Assembly (NCBI GenBank): GCA_963833985.1
Contig: CAWIAD010000002.1
Span: forward strand, 3,424,001-3,488,000
DNA length: 64,000 nt
Source of the DNA: an uncultured Planctomycetaceae bacterium
GTDB taxonomy: Bacteria; Planctomycetota; Planctomycetia; Isosphaerales; Isosphaeraceae
Reading direction: 5' to 3'
A model generated the notes under the pieces. It did no database searches. It was not told where the DNA came from and was given only the letters and a program-made list of their open reading frames with translations. The position numbers and the translations under genes were made by a program. This document shows, in pieces, positions 25,013 to 34,660 of this stretch (positions within the stretch are counted from its first letter, which is position 1; each line of letters begins with the position of its first letter).

Positions 25013-26332
25013 ATGAGCCAGTCAAGGAAGATCGCCGTTGGCCCGCAGATCACAACCGACCGCTCGGAGCTGGAATCCGGCTCCGGCGGACGCCTCCGCA
25101 AGCGGAACATCACCCTTGCGGCAGGCCTGGCGCTCGGGTCGTTCATCCCGCTGCTGGTCACGGTCGGCCCCTGGGTCCTCTCCGGCCGGGAGATCGACGA
25201 ATTCAACACGATCGACAAGCTCTACTATTCCGTTGCCGACCGCATCTGCGAAGGGCAGGTTCCCTACCGCGACTTCCCGCTCGAGTATCCCATCGGTTCC
25301 CTTCCCCAGATCCTGCTGCCGATCCTCGTGGGGCGCAGCATGCCGGCCTACCGCATCGGCTACATCGGCGAGATGCTCCTGGTCAACGCCCTGCTGCTTC
25401 AGGTCGTCGCCTGGCAGGTCGGCCAGCGAGAAGGAGAAGCGGCCGTCGCGGGCCGGCTTGGCTGGTATTTCCTCTGCTTCTTCTTCCTGTGCCGGATGAT
25501 CGTCAGCCGCATCGACCTTGTGCCAGGTCTGATCGCGCTGCTCGCCGCGCTTGGCTGGGCCGGCGGCCGGCCGATCGCGGGCGGCGTCCTCGCGGCCCTG
25601 GGCGGACTGGTCAAGATCTTTCCCGTTCTGGCTGCGGTTCCGGGGGCGCTTCAGGAGCTCTTGCACCCGAGAACAACAAGGTTGAAGGGCTCGCTCGCTT
25701 TTGCCGGCACAGGCCTGCTGGGGATGGTGCTCTGGTACGGCGTGGGCGGCTCGGGCGCCACGGCCTCGCTGCTGTACCACGCCGAGCGGGGGCTGGAAGT
25801 CGAGTCGCTGTACGCCGGTCCGCTCTTGCTGCTGGGCCGGCTGAGCGGCGAGCCCATGGCCGTGGAGCTTGGCCATGGCTCGTACGAACTGATCTCCGCG
25901 CGGGCACCCGGCGCCGTGGCCGCGTCGCGCTATGTTCAGTTGCTGGTGCTGGCCGCCAGTGTTGCCCCGTTTCTGCTGCGGCGTCACGCCTCCGCGCTGC
26001 AATGCTCGTGTGCCCTCATCCTGGGTTTGGTCCTGGCCTCACCGGTCTTTTCCCCGCAGTTCATCATCTGGGTCTTCCCCCTGATGTGCGTGCTGTGCGG
26101 TCCGCCGGGCCGCCGGGCCCGCCCGCTCTACGCCGCGATCTGCGTGCTCACGTTCCTGATCTACCCGGTCTTCTTCCACCGCGGCCTGGTCCCCATGCGG
26201 CTGCCCGCGATCCTGCTCCTGAACCTGCGAAACACCCTGCTTGTCGTGCTGTGGGGGCTGGTCGCGTTCGGAGCCGGGTCCACGGCGCCTTCCGCAGAGG
26301 GATCGGGCCACCGCCGCGCACCCGCGGACTGA
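25013..26332 (+). CDS. GT-C fold membrane glycosyltransferase (GT87/DUF2029-like)
   Basis: Multiple TM helices, PYRDFPLEYP, KIFP, RGLEVES, VFSPQFIIW. Confidence 0.8.
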   Translation: MSQSRKIAVGPQITTDRSELESGSGGRLRKRNITLAAGLALGSFIPLLVTVGPWVLSGREIDEFNTIDKLYYSVADRICEGQVPYRDFPLEYPIGSLPQILLPILVGRSMPAYRIGYIGEMLLVNALLLQVVAWQVGQREGEAAVAGRLGWYFLCFFFLCRMIVSRIDLVPGLIALLAALGWAGGRPIAGGVLAALGGLVKIFPVLAAVPGALQELLHPRTTRLKGSLAFAGTGLLGMVLWYGVGGSGATASLLYHAERGLEVESLYAGPLLLLGRLSGEPMAVELGHGSYELISARAPGAVAASRYVQLLVLAASVAPFLLRRHASALQCSCALILGLVLASPVFSPQFIIWVFPLMCVLCGPPGRRARPLYAAICVLTFLIYPVFFHRGLVPMRLPAILLLNLRNTLLVVLWGLVAFGAGSTAPSAEGSGHRRAPAD

Positions 26333-26356
26333 ATTGGGGCCATCAAGGAGTGTTCC

Positions 26357-26728
26357 ATGTGGGTCTTCACCAGACACGGATTCTTCAGTGCGGTCTGTGC
26401 CCGGCAGGGTGATGGCAAACTTGGCCAGGCCGTCGATCCTGACCGCATCATGATCAGAACCAGAGTCCGAGACCATCTCGAAGCCTTGAAGCAGACATTC
26501 CCAGATCTTCTCGGCGAAAGCACAATCCAGGTCTTTCCCGGCACCGATTACGCCTACCGGATATTTGTGCGGAAATCCGCTTGGACTCAGGTGCTCGCCA
26601 GGCTTGCCGAGGAAACCGACTACGACAACTTCAAGTCTGAGGTCGCACGGTATCAGGGTCGTGCCGGTGCGGCCTATGAGCACGCGCTGCATGAAGTCTG
26701 GTCCGTGATGCACGGATTGCAGGAATAG
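26357..26728 (+). CDS. Conserved hypothetical protein
   Basis: AAGGAG RBS; 123 aa with MWVFTRHGFFS, DYAYR, DYDNFK, VWSVM motifs. Confidence 0.75.
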   Translation: MWVFTRHGFFSAVCARQGDGKLGQAVDPDRIMIRTRVRDHLEALKQTFPDLLGESTIQVFPGTDYAYRIFVRKSAWTQVLARLAEETDYDNFKSEVARYQGRAGAAYEHALHEVWSVMHGLQE

Positions 26729-26857
26729 GAGAGGGGGGAAGCGGCCCGTGGATGATTGGAGCGGAACGCGAGGCGGGTTGCACGCCCGGAATTCCTCGGG
26801 TTTCTTGTGTCTGGGCTTCCTCCGTGCAGCTACCTACGTTGTAAGGCAGCTGAGCAA

Positions 26858-28009
26858 GTGGCTGGTCGCATCTACCTTCTGAAAGAAGATTCAACGCTGC
26901 TTGCCATGGAGGAAGCTCTGTACGACTCAGAGAGCCTCTTGGAGAAGCTGCTCGCGGATCACCCGGATCTCCTTGGCGGGGACCAGATCAACGCTGAGGA
27001 GCCGAGGCGTTGGCTACTCGAGACCCGTGAGATGGCTGTGCCCGGCGAGCAGGATGGGGCGGGTCGCTGGTCGCTCGACCACCTTTTCCTTGACCAGGAG
27101 GCCATCCCCACCCTGGTCGAGGTGAAGCGAAGTTCCGACACCCGGATTCGCCGGGAAGTCATCGGTCAGATGCTCGACTACGCCGCCAACGCCGTTGCCT
27201 ACTGGCCCGTCGAGGAGATCAAGGCCAGGTTCGAAAGTCGATGCAGGGAGGACGGGATCGACGCCGAGGCCGAACTCGCCGGATTTCCAGACGAAAGTCA
27301 GGACGCATCCGCTTTCTGGCAGCAAGTCAAAACGAACCTCCAGGCTGGGCGGGTCCGCTTGCTCTTCATCGCCGACGAGATCCCGCCCGAGTTGCGGAGG
27401 ATCGTGGAATTCCTCAATAGCCAGATGGACCCGGCGGAGGTACTCGCCATCGAGGTCAAGCAGTTCGTGGGCGAGAACCTCAAGACGCTTGTGCCCCGCG
27501 TGCTGGGGCAGACCGAACTGGCTCGCCAGAAGAAGAGCCCCGATCGGGGCCAGTCACGCCAGTGGGACGAGCCCTCGTTTTTTGAAGCATTGCTCAAGCG
27601 GCGAGGTGAGCAGGAGACGGCAGTCGCCGGGCGACTTCTTGAATGGGCGAAGCAACAGGGTCTCCGTATTTGGTGGGGGCAAGGCACGAAAGACGGGTCG
27701 TTCTTCCCCATGTATGACAACAATTTCGGCAAGAACTTTCTCTTCTCGGTCTGGACCTATGGAACCTTGGAGCTTCAGTTCCAGCACATGAGGCTTCCTC
27801 CATTCTCTGAGGCTGAGAAACGTGCAGAGCTTGCCCGTCGGCTCTCCGAGATTCAGGGATTGTCCATTTCTGAATCCGCCCTGTGCAAGAGACCGTCGTT
27901 CAAGCTCGGCGTGCTTGCTGGCTCTGGTCCTCTGGAGACGTTCTTGGCAGCGTTCGACTGGATGCTTACCGAGATCAGGAAGGGTGAGGTCGTTTCGAGT
28001 TTCGAGTGA
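26858..28009 (+). CDS. PD-(D/E)XK nuclease-like protein (NucS/DUF91-like) with an additional C-terminal domain
   Basis: E-x-LL...SLDHLFLD...LVEVKR...VIGQMLDYA motifs; probable GTG start at 26858. Confidence 0.7.
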   Translation: MAGRIYLLKEDSTLLAMEEALYDSESLLEKLLADHPDLLGGDQINAEEPRRWLLETREMAVPGEQDGAGRWSLDHLFLDQEAIPTLVEVKRSSDTRIRREVIGQMLDYAANAVAYWPVEEIKARFESRCREDGIDAEAELAGFPDESQDASAFWQQVKTNLQAGRVRLLFIADEIPPELRRIVEFLNSQMDPAEVLAIEVKQFVGENLKTLVPRVLGQTELARQKKSPDRGQSRQWDEPSFFEALLKRRGEQETAVAGRLLEWAKQQGLRIWWGQGTKDGSFFPMYDNNFGKNFLFSVWTYGTLELQFQHMRLPPFSEAEKRAELARRLSEIQGLSISESALCKRPSFKLGVLAGSGPLETFLAAFDWMLTEIRKGEVVSSFE

Positions 28010-28126
28010 AAGAAAAAGACACGCCATCAAAGCTGGTGGACCACACGAGTCGTCTGCGGGGCCAGGGCTTCGCGGCGAGCCGGGAGGCGATGCGTGTGAT
28101 GCGGCGAGGTGCTGGCCAGGCTGGAA

Positions 28127-28168
28127 GCTGGATCCTGGTCGGGCTGGCGGCTGGATCCTGGTCGGGCT
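28127..28168. repeat. Perfect 19-bp direct repeat, two copies, period 23
   Basis: GCTGGATCCTGGTCGGGCT at 28127-28145 and 28150-28168. Confidence 0.85.
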
Positions 28169-28212
28169 CACGCCCGAGGTTGGAGGCTGCGCCCGTGAAA
28201 ACCACGCGCTGA

Positions 28213-28297
28213 CGCACGTGGCCATGCGCCCGGGACTCCAGGGCGGTGGCGCACGTGGCCATACGCTCCGGACTCCAGGACAGTGGCGCACGTGGCC
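28213..28297. repeat. 37-bp tandem repeat, about 2.3 copies
   Basis: CGCACGTGGCCATRCGCYCSGGACTCCAGGRCRGTGG at 28213 and 28250, partial third copy at 28287. Confidence 0.85.
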
Positions 28298-28661
28298 TTC
28301 CGCCCGGGACGCCGGGGCGTGTGGGACTGCCGCAACGACCTGCGTACGATGGGCTAACGCACGAAGAGAGTTCGGGCTGGCCAGTCGCCGGCCCGTCCCG
28401 GCGAGGCGGTGACAACAGGCGGGCCGAAGCAGGCGCCGTGCATCCGGGCGCCGGGCGGATCATGGCGGCTCCGCACGCTCGCCGAACGCTCGCATGCTCG
28501 CCGATTGCTCTCGAGGCTTGCCCGGGCTCTGCTTGTCGGGTTGTGTCCGAACTTCTTATAGTGCTATGCAGTCGCAGTTCAGCAGTCTGGCCGATCGGAG
28601 CGGCAGTCAGGGGGCGTGCACGCGGGCCAATCCATGCCTGCACTGGGGTCAGAGGACGTTG

Positions 28662-29832
28662 ATGGAGAGCGGCCACTCGCTGACTCGTGTCGTGATACTG
28701 GGCTCGACGGGGTCAATCGGGCGAAACACGCTGAGCGTGATCGAGCATGACGGCGGCCGCCGGCTGCGGTCCTGGGGGCTCGAGCGCCCACTCGAACGGT
28801 TCACTGCTCGCGGATCAGGCCCGGGCGTTCCGGCCCAGGTTCGTCACGGTGACCGATCCCCACCAGTTCCAGGTGGTGCGCCAGATGCTGCACGGCCTGG
28901 ATGTCGAGGTCCTGGAGGGCCGTGCGGGCATCGTGAGGATGGTGCAGGATCCGGCGACGGACCGGGTTCTCAGCGCGATCGTGGGAGCCGCGGGGCTGGA
29001 AGGAACCTGGGCGGCACTCGAGGCGGGCAAGACCGTCGCGCTGGCGAACAAGGAAACGCTGGTGGTGGCCGGCCCGCTGGTGATGGAGCTGGCACGCAGC
29101 CGCCAGGCGAAGGTGTTGCCGGTGGACAGCGAGCACTCGGCCATCTTCCAGGCACTGGAATGCGGCCGGCGCGGCGACGTCCGGCGCGTGATCCTGACCT
29201 CTTCCGGCGGGCCCTTTCGAGCCCGGTCGCACAGGGAACTGGCCGAGGTCACTCCGGAAGAGGCACTGAAACATCCCACCTGGCAGATGGGACCGAAGAT
29301 CACCATCGATTCCGCGACGCTCATGAACAAGGCGCTCGAGATCATCGAGGCACGGTGGCTGTTCGGCCTGGAGCCCGAGCAGATCGACGTGGTCATTCAT
29401 CCGCAGAGCGTGGTGCATTCGATGGTGGAGTTCGTTGACGGCAGCGTGATCGCGCAGCTTTCGCCTCCGGACATGCGTCTGCCCATCCAGTACGCCCTGA
29501 CGCATCCTGAACGCCTGCCGGCGCCTGGGCCCCGGCTCGACCTGAGCACGGCCGTCGCGCTGCATTTCGAACCGCCCGACCGCGAGACGTTTCCCTGCCT
29601 GGAGCTCGGTTACGAGGTGATGCGCCGGGGTGGGACCGCGGGAGCGGCCCTGAACGCCGCCAATGAGGCCGCGGTCTCCCGCTTCCTGGGCGGAGAGATC
29701 GGGTTTCTGGATATCCCGCGCGCCTGCCGGGCCGCCCTCGACAATCATACTTTCGATCCCCATCCGACGCTCGACCAGTTGTGGAAGGTCGATGCGCGGG
29801 CACGCCTGGAGGTGCAATGCTGGCAACGCTGA
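28662..29832 (+). CDS. dxr: 1-deoxy-D-xylulose-5-phosphate reductoisomerase (frameshift near 28775)
   Basis: ILGSTGSIG, LANKETLV, LPVDSEHSAIFQ, HPTWQMGPKITIDSATLMNKALE. Confidence 0.95.
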
Positions 29833-31838
29833 TCTGGCTCTGGAACATCTTCAAGGTCGTCTTCGGACTGGGCTTCGTCATCTTCATCCACGAGCTCGGG
29901 CATTTCGTCCTGGCCAAGTGGAACGGCGTGAAGGTGGAGAAGTTCTCGATCGGCTTTGGCCCCACTCTGATTGGCCGCAAGCACGGTGAGACCGAGTACG
30001 TCATCGCCGCGGTGCCCCTGGGCGGCTTCGTGAAGATGCTGGGGGAGGAGCCTGCCGACGAGGAGAGCAAATCCACCGATCCCAGGGCCTACAGCAACAA
30101 GAGCGTGGGCGCCCGCATGGCCATCATCTCGGCGGGCGTGATCATGAACGTGATCCTCGGCCTGGGCTGCTTCGTCTTCGCGTACGGGCACGGCATGACG
30201 CAGATGCCCGCCCGGGTGGGCGGGGTCGAGCCGGCCTCGCCGGCCTACGACGCGGGCATGCGTGCCGGCGACGAGATCGTCGCCATCGACGGCCGGGGCG
30301 ACCTGAGCTGGAACAGCATGACGCTGAAGGTTGTGCTCAGCAGCCAGGGGCAGACCCTCGACTTCGACGTCAGGCGGCCTGACCGCGACGGGCTGGTGCG
30401 CCTGAAGATTCAGCCCCGGCGCGAGGGCGGTTCGGATCGCCCCCTGATCGGCGTGCACAACAGCAACAGCCTGAACATCAACGGGGTCTTGATTCCCGCG
30501 GGCATGGCAAGCCCCCCCGACTATCCGCAGACCGAGGGAACGGAAGAAAGTGCTCCGATCGACACACTGGTCGCCGCCGGGCCGCCGGGACAGGACCCCA
30601 CCGCGGTCAGCGACGTCCGCCAGTACCAGACGCTGCTGGCGCGGCTGAGCGACCAGCCGGTGGTGCACGTCATCGAGCGCCGAGATGGCACGCTCGATGA
30701 GCCGGGCAAGGTGCTGGACCACCTCCAGGTCACGTTCCCGCCCGCGCACTTCGTGGATTTCGGTCTGCGCATGTCGATCGAGCCGATCGTCGCGATTCGC
30801 AAGGACTCGCCCGCGGACCAGGCCGGCTTTCGCAAGGGAGATCTGATCCTCAAGGTGGATGGGCGGGAGGTCGACCCGGTTCGCCTGCCGAGCCTCTGCT
30901 ACGACCGCGCCGGCAAACCCATGACCGTCGAGGTCCAGCGGACTGCGGCCGACGGCTCGAAGGTCAGCCATACCCTGACGGTGACTCCGGACGATTCGCC
31001 CCCCTGGACCGATCCTCCGGCCGCCAGCGATGCCCTGGACGTGCCCGGCCTGGGGCTCTGCTACCCCGTCCGTCCGCACGTCGCGGCCGTCGCACCGGAC
31101 TCGCCCGCGCACCGGGCCGGTATCAAGGCCGGCAACGTGATCAGCGCGATGACGATCGCTCCGCCGCGGGTCGTCGAGGCTGTCAAGCTCAAGGGAGCGA
31201 AGGCCACGACACCCTCGTCAAAGCCGGAGACCATCACCTTCGACGAGTCCTCCTCCGGCTGGATCAAGGCCTTCTGGAACCTCCAGTACAGCTCCAGCCT
31301 GGCCGTGTCGATGGTCGTGAACAAGAGCTCCAAGCCCATCGAGCTGAGCGCCGAGCCGGATCCAAACTGGTACTTCCCCTCGCGCGGGCTGGTCTTCGGG
31401 ACGCTCTACCAGAAGCTTCCCCCGCAGTCGATCACCGCGGCCCTGCATCGCGGCTGGGACGACACCGTCGAGAACATCCTGGGGATCTATCGCACGATCC
31501 GCAACCTGATCGTGGGCCGGCTCAGCCCCAAGGGCCTGGCCGGGCCGATCCGCATCGTCGGCTTCGCCTACGACAGCGCCCGCTCCGGCATCAACTACCT
31601 GATCCACTTTCTGGGCATCCTGAGCATCAACCTGGCCGTGATCAACTTTCTGCCGATCCCGCCCCTGGACGGCGGCCAGATGGTCTTCCTGCTGGCCGAG
31701 AAGGTGCGCGGCCGGCCCTTGCCCGAACGGGCCCTGGTGCCCTTGATCATCACCGGTGTCGTCTTCGTCGTCTGCCTGATGATCTTTGTCCTGTATCAGG
31801 ATGTGCTCTGGAACCTGGAGAAGTGGAAGGTGTTCTGA
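29817..31838 (+). CDS. rseP: RIP metalloprotease RseP (M50) with several PDZ domains
   Basis: IHELGHF, FSIGFG, NFLPIPPLDGG; follows dxr as in many bacteria. Confidence 0.92.
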   Translation: MLATLIWLWNIFKVVFGLGFVIFIHELGHFVLAKWNGVKVEKFSIGFGPTLIGRKHGETEYVIAAVPLGGFVKMLGEEPADEESKSTDPRAYSNKSVGARMAIISAGVIMNVILGLGCFVFAYGHGMTQMPARVGGVEPASPAYDAGMRAGDEIVAIDGRGDLSWNSMTLKVVLSSQGQTLDFDVRRPDRDGLVRLKIQPRREGGSDRPLIGVHNSNSLNINGVLIPAGMASPPDYPQTEGTEESAPIDTLVAAGPPGQDPTAVSDVRQYQTLLARLSDQPVVHVIERRDGTLDEPGKVLDHLQVTFPPAHFVDFGLRMSIEPIVAIRKDSPADQAGFRKGDLILKVDGREVDPVRLPSLCYDRAGKPMTVEVQRTAADGSKVSHTLTVTPDDSPPWTDPPAASDALDVPGLGLCYPVRPHVAAVAPDSPAHRAGIKAGNVISAMTIAPPRVVEAVKLKGAKATTPSSKPETITFDESSSGWIKAFWNLQYSSSLAVSMVVNKSSKPIELSAEPDPNWYFPSRGLVFGTLYQKLPPQSITAALHRGWDDTVENILGIYRTIRNLIVGRLSPKGLAGPIRIVGFAYDSARSGINYLIHFLGILSINLAVINFLPIPPLDGGQMVFLLAEKVRGRPLPERALVPLIITGVVFVVCLMIFVLYQDVLWNLEKWKVF

Positions 31839-31866
31839 GCGTGAGCCTGAGCGGCAGGACAGCGCG

Positions 31867-32586
31867 ATGCGAGGTGGCGTGATGGGATCCCTACTTGAGC
31901 GAGTCGAAGCGGGCAGTGTGCCCCGGCTGAGAGACTCCGGGCAGCCAGTCGCGGAGATCCTCGAGCGGCTCGAGTCGGCCGGTGTCGCCGGGCTCGCCGC
32001 AGTGGACGCCGCCGATCTGCTGGCGTGCGTGGCTCACGCCGCCCTTGGCGATGCGAAGGTGAGCCCGGGGCCGGAACTCATTCGGCAGCCACCGCCGCGC
32101 CCCCGCCTGGAGCGCTCATGCAGCGAGCCGGCGCTCGCACGTCTCCTGCCGGAAGCCGCGCGCAACGGCCGCCTGGCCCTCGCCGCGGGGTTGCTCCAGG
32201 TCCATGATTTCTGGGAGGCCAGCCACGAGGCCGCGCAGGCTGCCGACGACCTGGGCGAGCGTACCTTCTCGGCCTGGTGGCACGGCATCGCCCATCGCCG
32301 CGAGCCCGATCCGGGCAATGCCGCCTACTGGTTTCGCCAGGTGGGCCGCCACCCGCTCTTCGAGGCGATTGCCCGCGCGGCCCGGCCGATCCTCGCGGAG
32401 CAGGGCGACGACCGGTGGACCCGGCGGGTGCTTGGCGGCGACACCTGGAATCCCCAGGCGATGATCGATCTCTGCACCGCCGCGCGCCCGGGTTCCTTCG
32501 AAGAAGCGCTCGCACGCAAGTTCCAGCGCCTGGAGATGCAGCTCCTGCTTGACGCCACCGCCGCAGCCGTTGCGGGCACGTCCTGA
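31867..32586 (+). CDS. Conserved hypothetical protein (start uncertain)
   Basis: SHEAAQ...WWHGIAHRREPDPGNAAYWFRQVGRHP motif; GC3-rich codons. Confidence 0.7.
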   Translation: MRGGVMGSLLERVEAGSVPRLRDSGQPVAEILERLESAGVAGLAAVDAADLLACVAHAALGDAKVSPGPELIRQPPPRPRLERSCSEPALARLLPEAARNGRLALAAGLLQVHDFWEASHEAAQAADDLGERTFSAWWHGIAHRREPDPGNAAYWFRQVGRHPLFEAIARAARPILAEQGDDRWTRRVLGGDTWNPQAMIDLCTAARPGSFEEALARKFQRLEMQLLLDATAAAVAGTS

Positions 32587-32740
32587 TCTGGCTCCGGCTC
32601 GCGACACCGGCTCGCGGTGATTGACGCGCTATCGGGGCCCCCTTAAGATCAATACCGTAGAAATAGCAATAAGTTGAGTGCAGGCAGAGGTTTGTTCCTC
32701 GTTCCCACGCTCCGCGTGGGAATGCCGTCTGCGACGCTCT

Positions 32741-34391
32741 GAGACTGTGAGTTTTCGACCGCACGGCGGGTTTTCCCATCGGCGTGCGTCGATTGATCAG
32801 GGGTCGGGGTCGCGGTAGTTCCCCTGCGATCACGTCACCTGTGGGTGTTCTCTCCGCTATCGAGGCTCGAAAATGCCCTCCGCTGCCTGTTTTCTACCCC
32901 TTTTTACCTCATCCCTGCCCCTCCGCGACCGCCGCGCGCACGTTCCCCTGGTGCATCAGATTATGCGTGATCGCGTACAGCGTCGCCACGATCCGACATT
33001 TTGTCCGGCCACGCACCGGCATCCGCCAAAGCCCTCTATTACGGCACATCGCGTTAACCCACTCCGCCGTCTGGGCCCGCAGCTTGTAGATCAACTGCGC
33101 CGCCTCCGTGCCCATCCGCTCCCGCCACGCCGCAGTGTTGTCCGTGTCGTGCGGCTTGCGGGCGTACGGGTCTTTGCCCGCCTCCTTCTGCTTCTCCTGG
33201 TCCTTGATCGGTGCATACACCTTGCAGCCACGCTCCTCGACCGCATCAATCGCGTCCAAAGATGCAAACCCACCATCGACAAGCATCTCATCCGGCACGT
33301 CGTTGTAACGCGTCTCCAGTTGATCGAGCATCGGCGGCATTTCCTCGCTGTCGGTGCCGGCGTTGGTCACGTCCACCCCCACCACGATGCCTGTCGCCGT
33401 GTCGGTGGCGAACTGCACGTTGAACGCGGGGCGATAGCCGCCGTCGCTGAAGTTGATGTTCCGCGCCTCCGGATCGGTGGTCGACGCGCCGCGCCTCGGA
33501 CGATTTCTCTTTTCTCCCCTTGTTTCTTTTCTCTTTCTTCTGCCGCAACTCCTCGCAATGGCGTGCCGCCTCCTCGATCCGCGCTTGACGCTCTGCCGCA
33601 GCACGCGCGCAGGCGGCCCGCTGCCGTTTCGACAGTTCGTCAGGGTTGGTTTCAGCCAGTTCTTTGAGCGCCTGGACCTGTGCTTCGGACTCGGCCAGCA
33701 ACTCCTTGAGCCGCTCCCCACTGCGGAAGGAACTTTTACCGGCGTCGGCCCGCACCCGCATGCCATCCTGGGCCACCCGCTCCATGGTGACCAAGCCTTC
33801 GTCCATGAGCGTGGCGACGATCTGGGTGAGCATTTCGTCCCACTTCTCGCCTCCCTGGGAGCGGAAGTCGGCGAGCATGTGGTAGTTCACCGAGACGCCA
33901 CCGCAGAGCCACTGGTAGGCGAGGTGGTTCTTGCAGAGGCGTTCCAGCTCGCGCGCACTGCCGACCCCCTTGAGGGTGGCGAACACCCAGAGCGCGACCA
34001 GCAACCGGGGGTCGGTGGCGTCGCGGCCGACGTGGCCCTCGACGGCCTTGATGTCGGCGAGCCAGGCGTCGTGGTCCAGGCGGCAGACCATGGTCCAGAC
34101 GACGCGGGCCTGAGAGTCGGGATCGAGGCGATCGTCGAGCGAGGTCCAGGTGAATTCAACCTGATCGCGGTGCGGGACCCGAAGCCTGGGTTTGCCCCGA
34201 CCGGGCGTGTTGGCGGCCTGCTCGGGGGTGGGCTCGGGGAGGTTGTCCGGCAGCAGGGGGAGGATTGTCACGGGAGCCTCGCGGGGATGAGTGGGTGCAA
34301 ACGCCAGCAGGACGGAGGGCCATCGCTGTTCTGAATTATATCATGATCACATTTTCAGTACAATGGGGATCTCCGAAAAAATCACAGCCTC
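32741..34391 (-). mobile_element. IS1182-family insertion sequence, about 1.65 kb
   Basis: Imperfect terminal IRs GAGACTGTGAGTTTTCG and (reverse complement) GAGGCTGTGATTTTTTCG; 3-bp TCT duplication at 32738-32740 and 34392-34394. Confidence 0.85.
32909..34271 (-). CDS. IS1182-family DDE transposase (frameshift near 33500-33540)
   Basis: GRDATDPRLLVALW, SARELERLC, AYQWLCG, DGMRVRADA; second frame STTDPEAR, YRPAFNVQ, LVDGGF, YKLRAQTAE. Confidence 0.85.
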
Positions 34392-34660
34392 TCTGCGTCG
34401 ATTGAGCCCGTGCTGAGGCCGGGAAATCCATGGCACGCAGAGCGTCCCGACCGGTGTTCCCACGCAGAGCGTGTGAACAAGTCTGTCGCAAAGCTTTTGC
34501 CCCTTTCTCGTAAACGCTATTTCAACGTTATTGCGCTTAAGTTCCTCATCAAGCGTGCCTCCGCGATGAGCCCTGCGCCTTCGGACGGCCTTCCCGGGTG
34601 TGCGACTCGACGGGCCCGGCCGATGCGCCCATTCCTCTCTCGATCCTGGAGCCTCTGAAC

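Larger units (their letters stand above)
32698..34481. repeat. REP/REPIN-like palindromic element, split by the IS
   Basis: Left arm CTCGTTCCCACGCTCCGCGTGGGAATGCC...GACGCTCT (32698-32740); right part TCTGCGTC...ACGCAGAGCGTC...GTTCCCACGCAGAGCGTGTGAAC (34392-34481); the arms are inverted copies. Confidence 0.75.

Noticed and set aside
24010..26412. 800-aa plus-strand ORF
   Set aside because: Composite of the MBL antisense strand and an off-frame reading of the GT87 gene; Arg/Pro-rich with no motifs.
26730..26857. Integron attC site around the nuclease cassette
   Set aside because: No RYYYAAC...GTTRRRY boxes with a matching palindrome, and no integrase in the window.
28213..28297. 37-bp repeats as a mini CRISPR array
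   Set aside because: The units are contiguous with no unique spacers, there are only ~2.3 copies, and no cas genes are in the window.
33490..33545. Programmed frameshift in the transposase at a purine-rich run
   Set aside because: IS1182 transposases are normally single ORFs and the window has many indel errors; this cannot be distinguished from an artefact.
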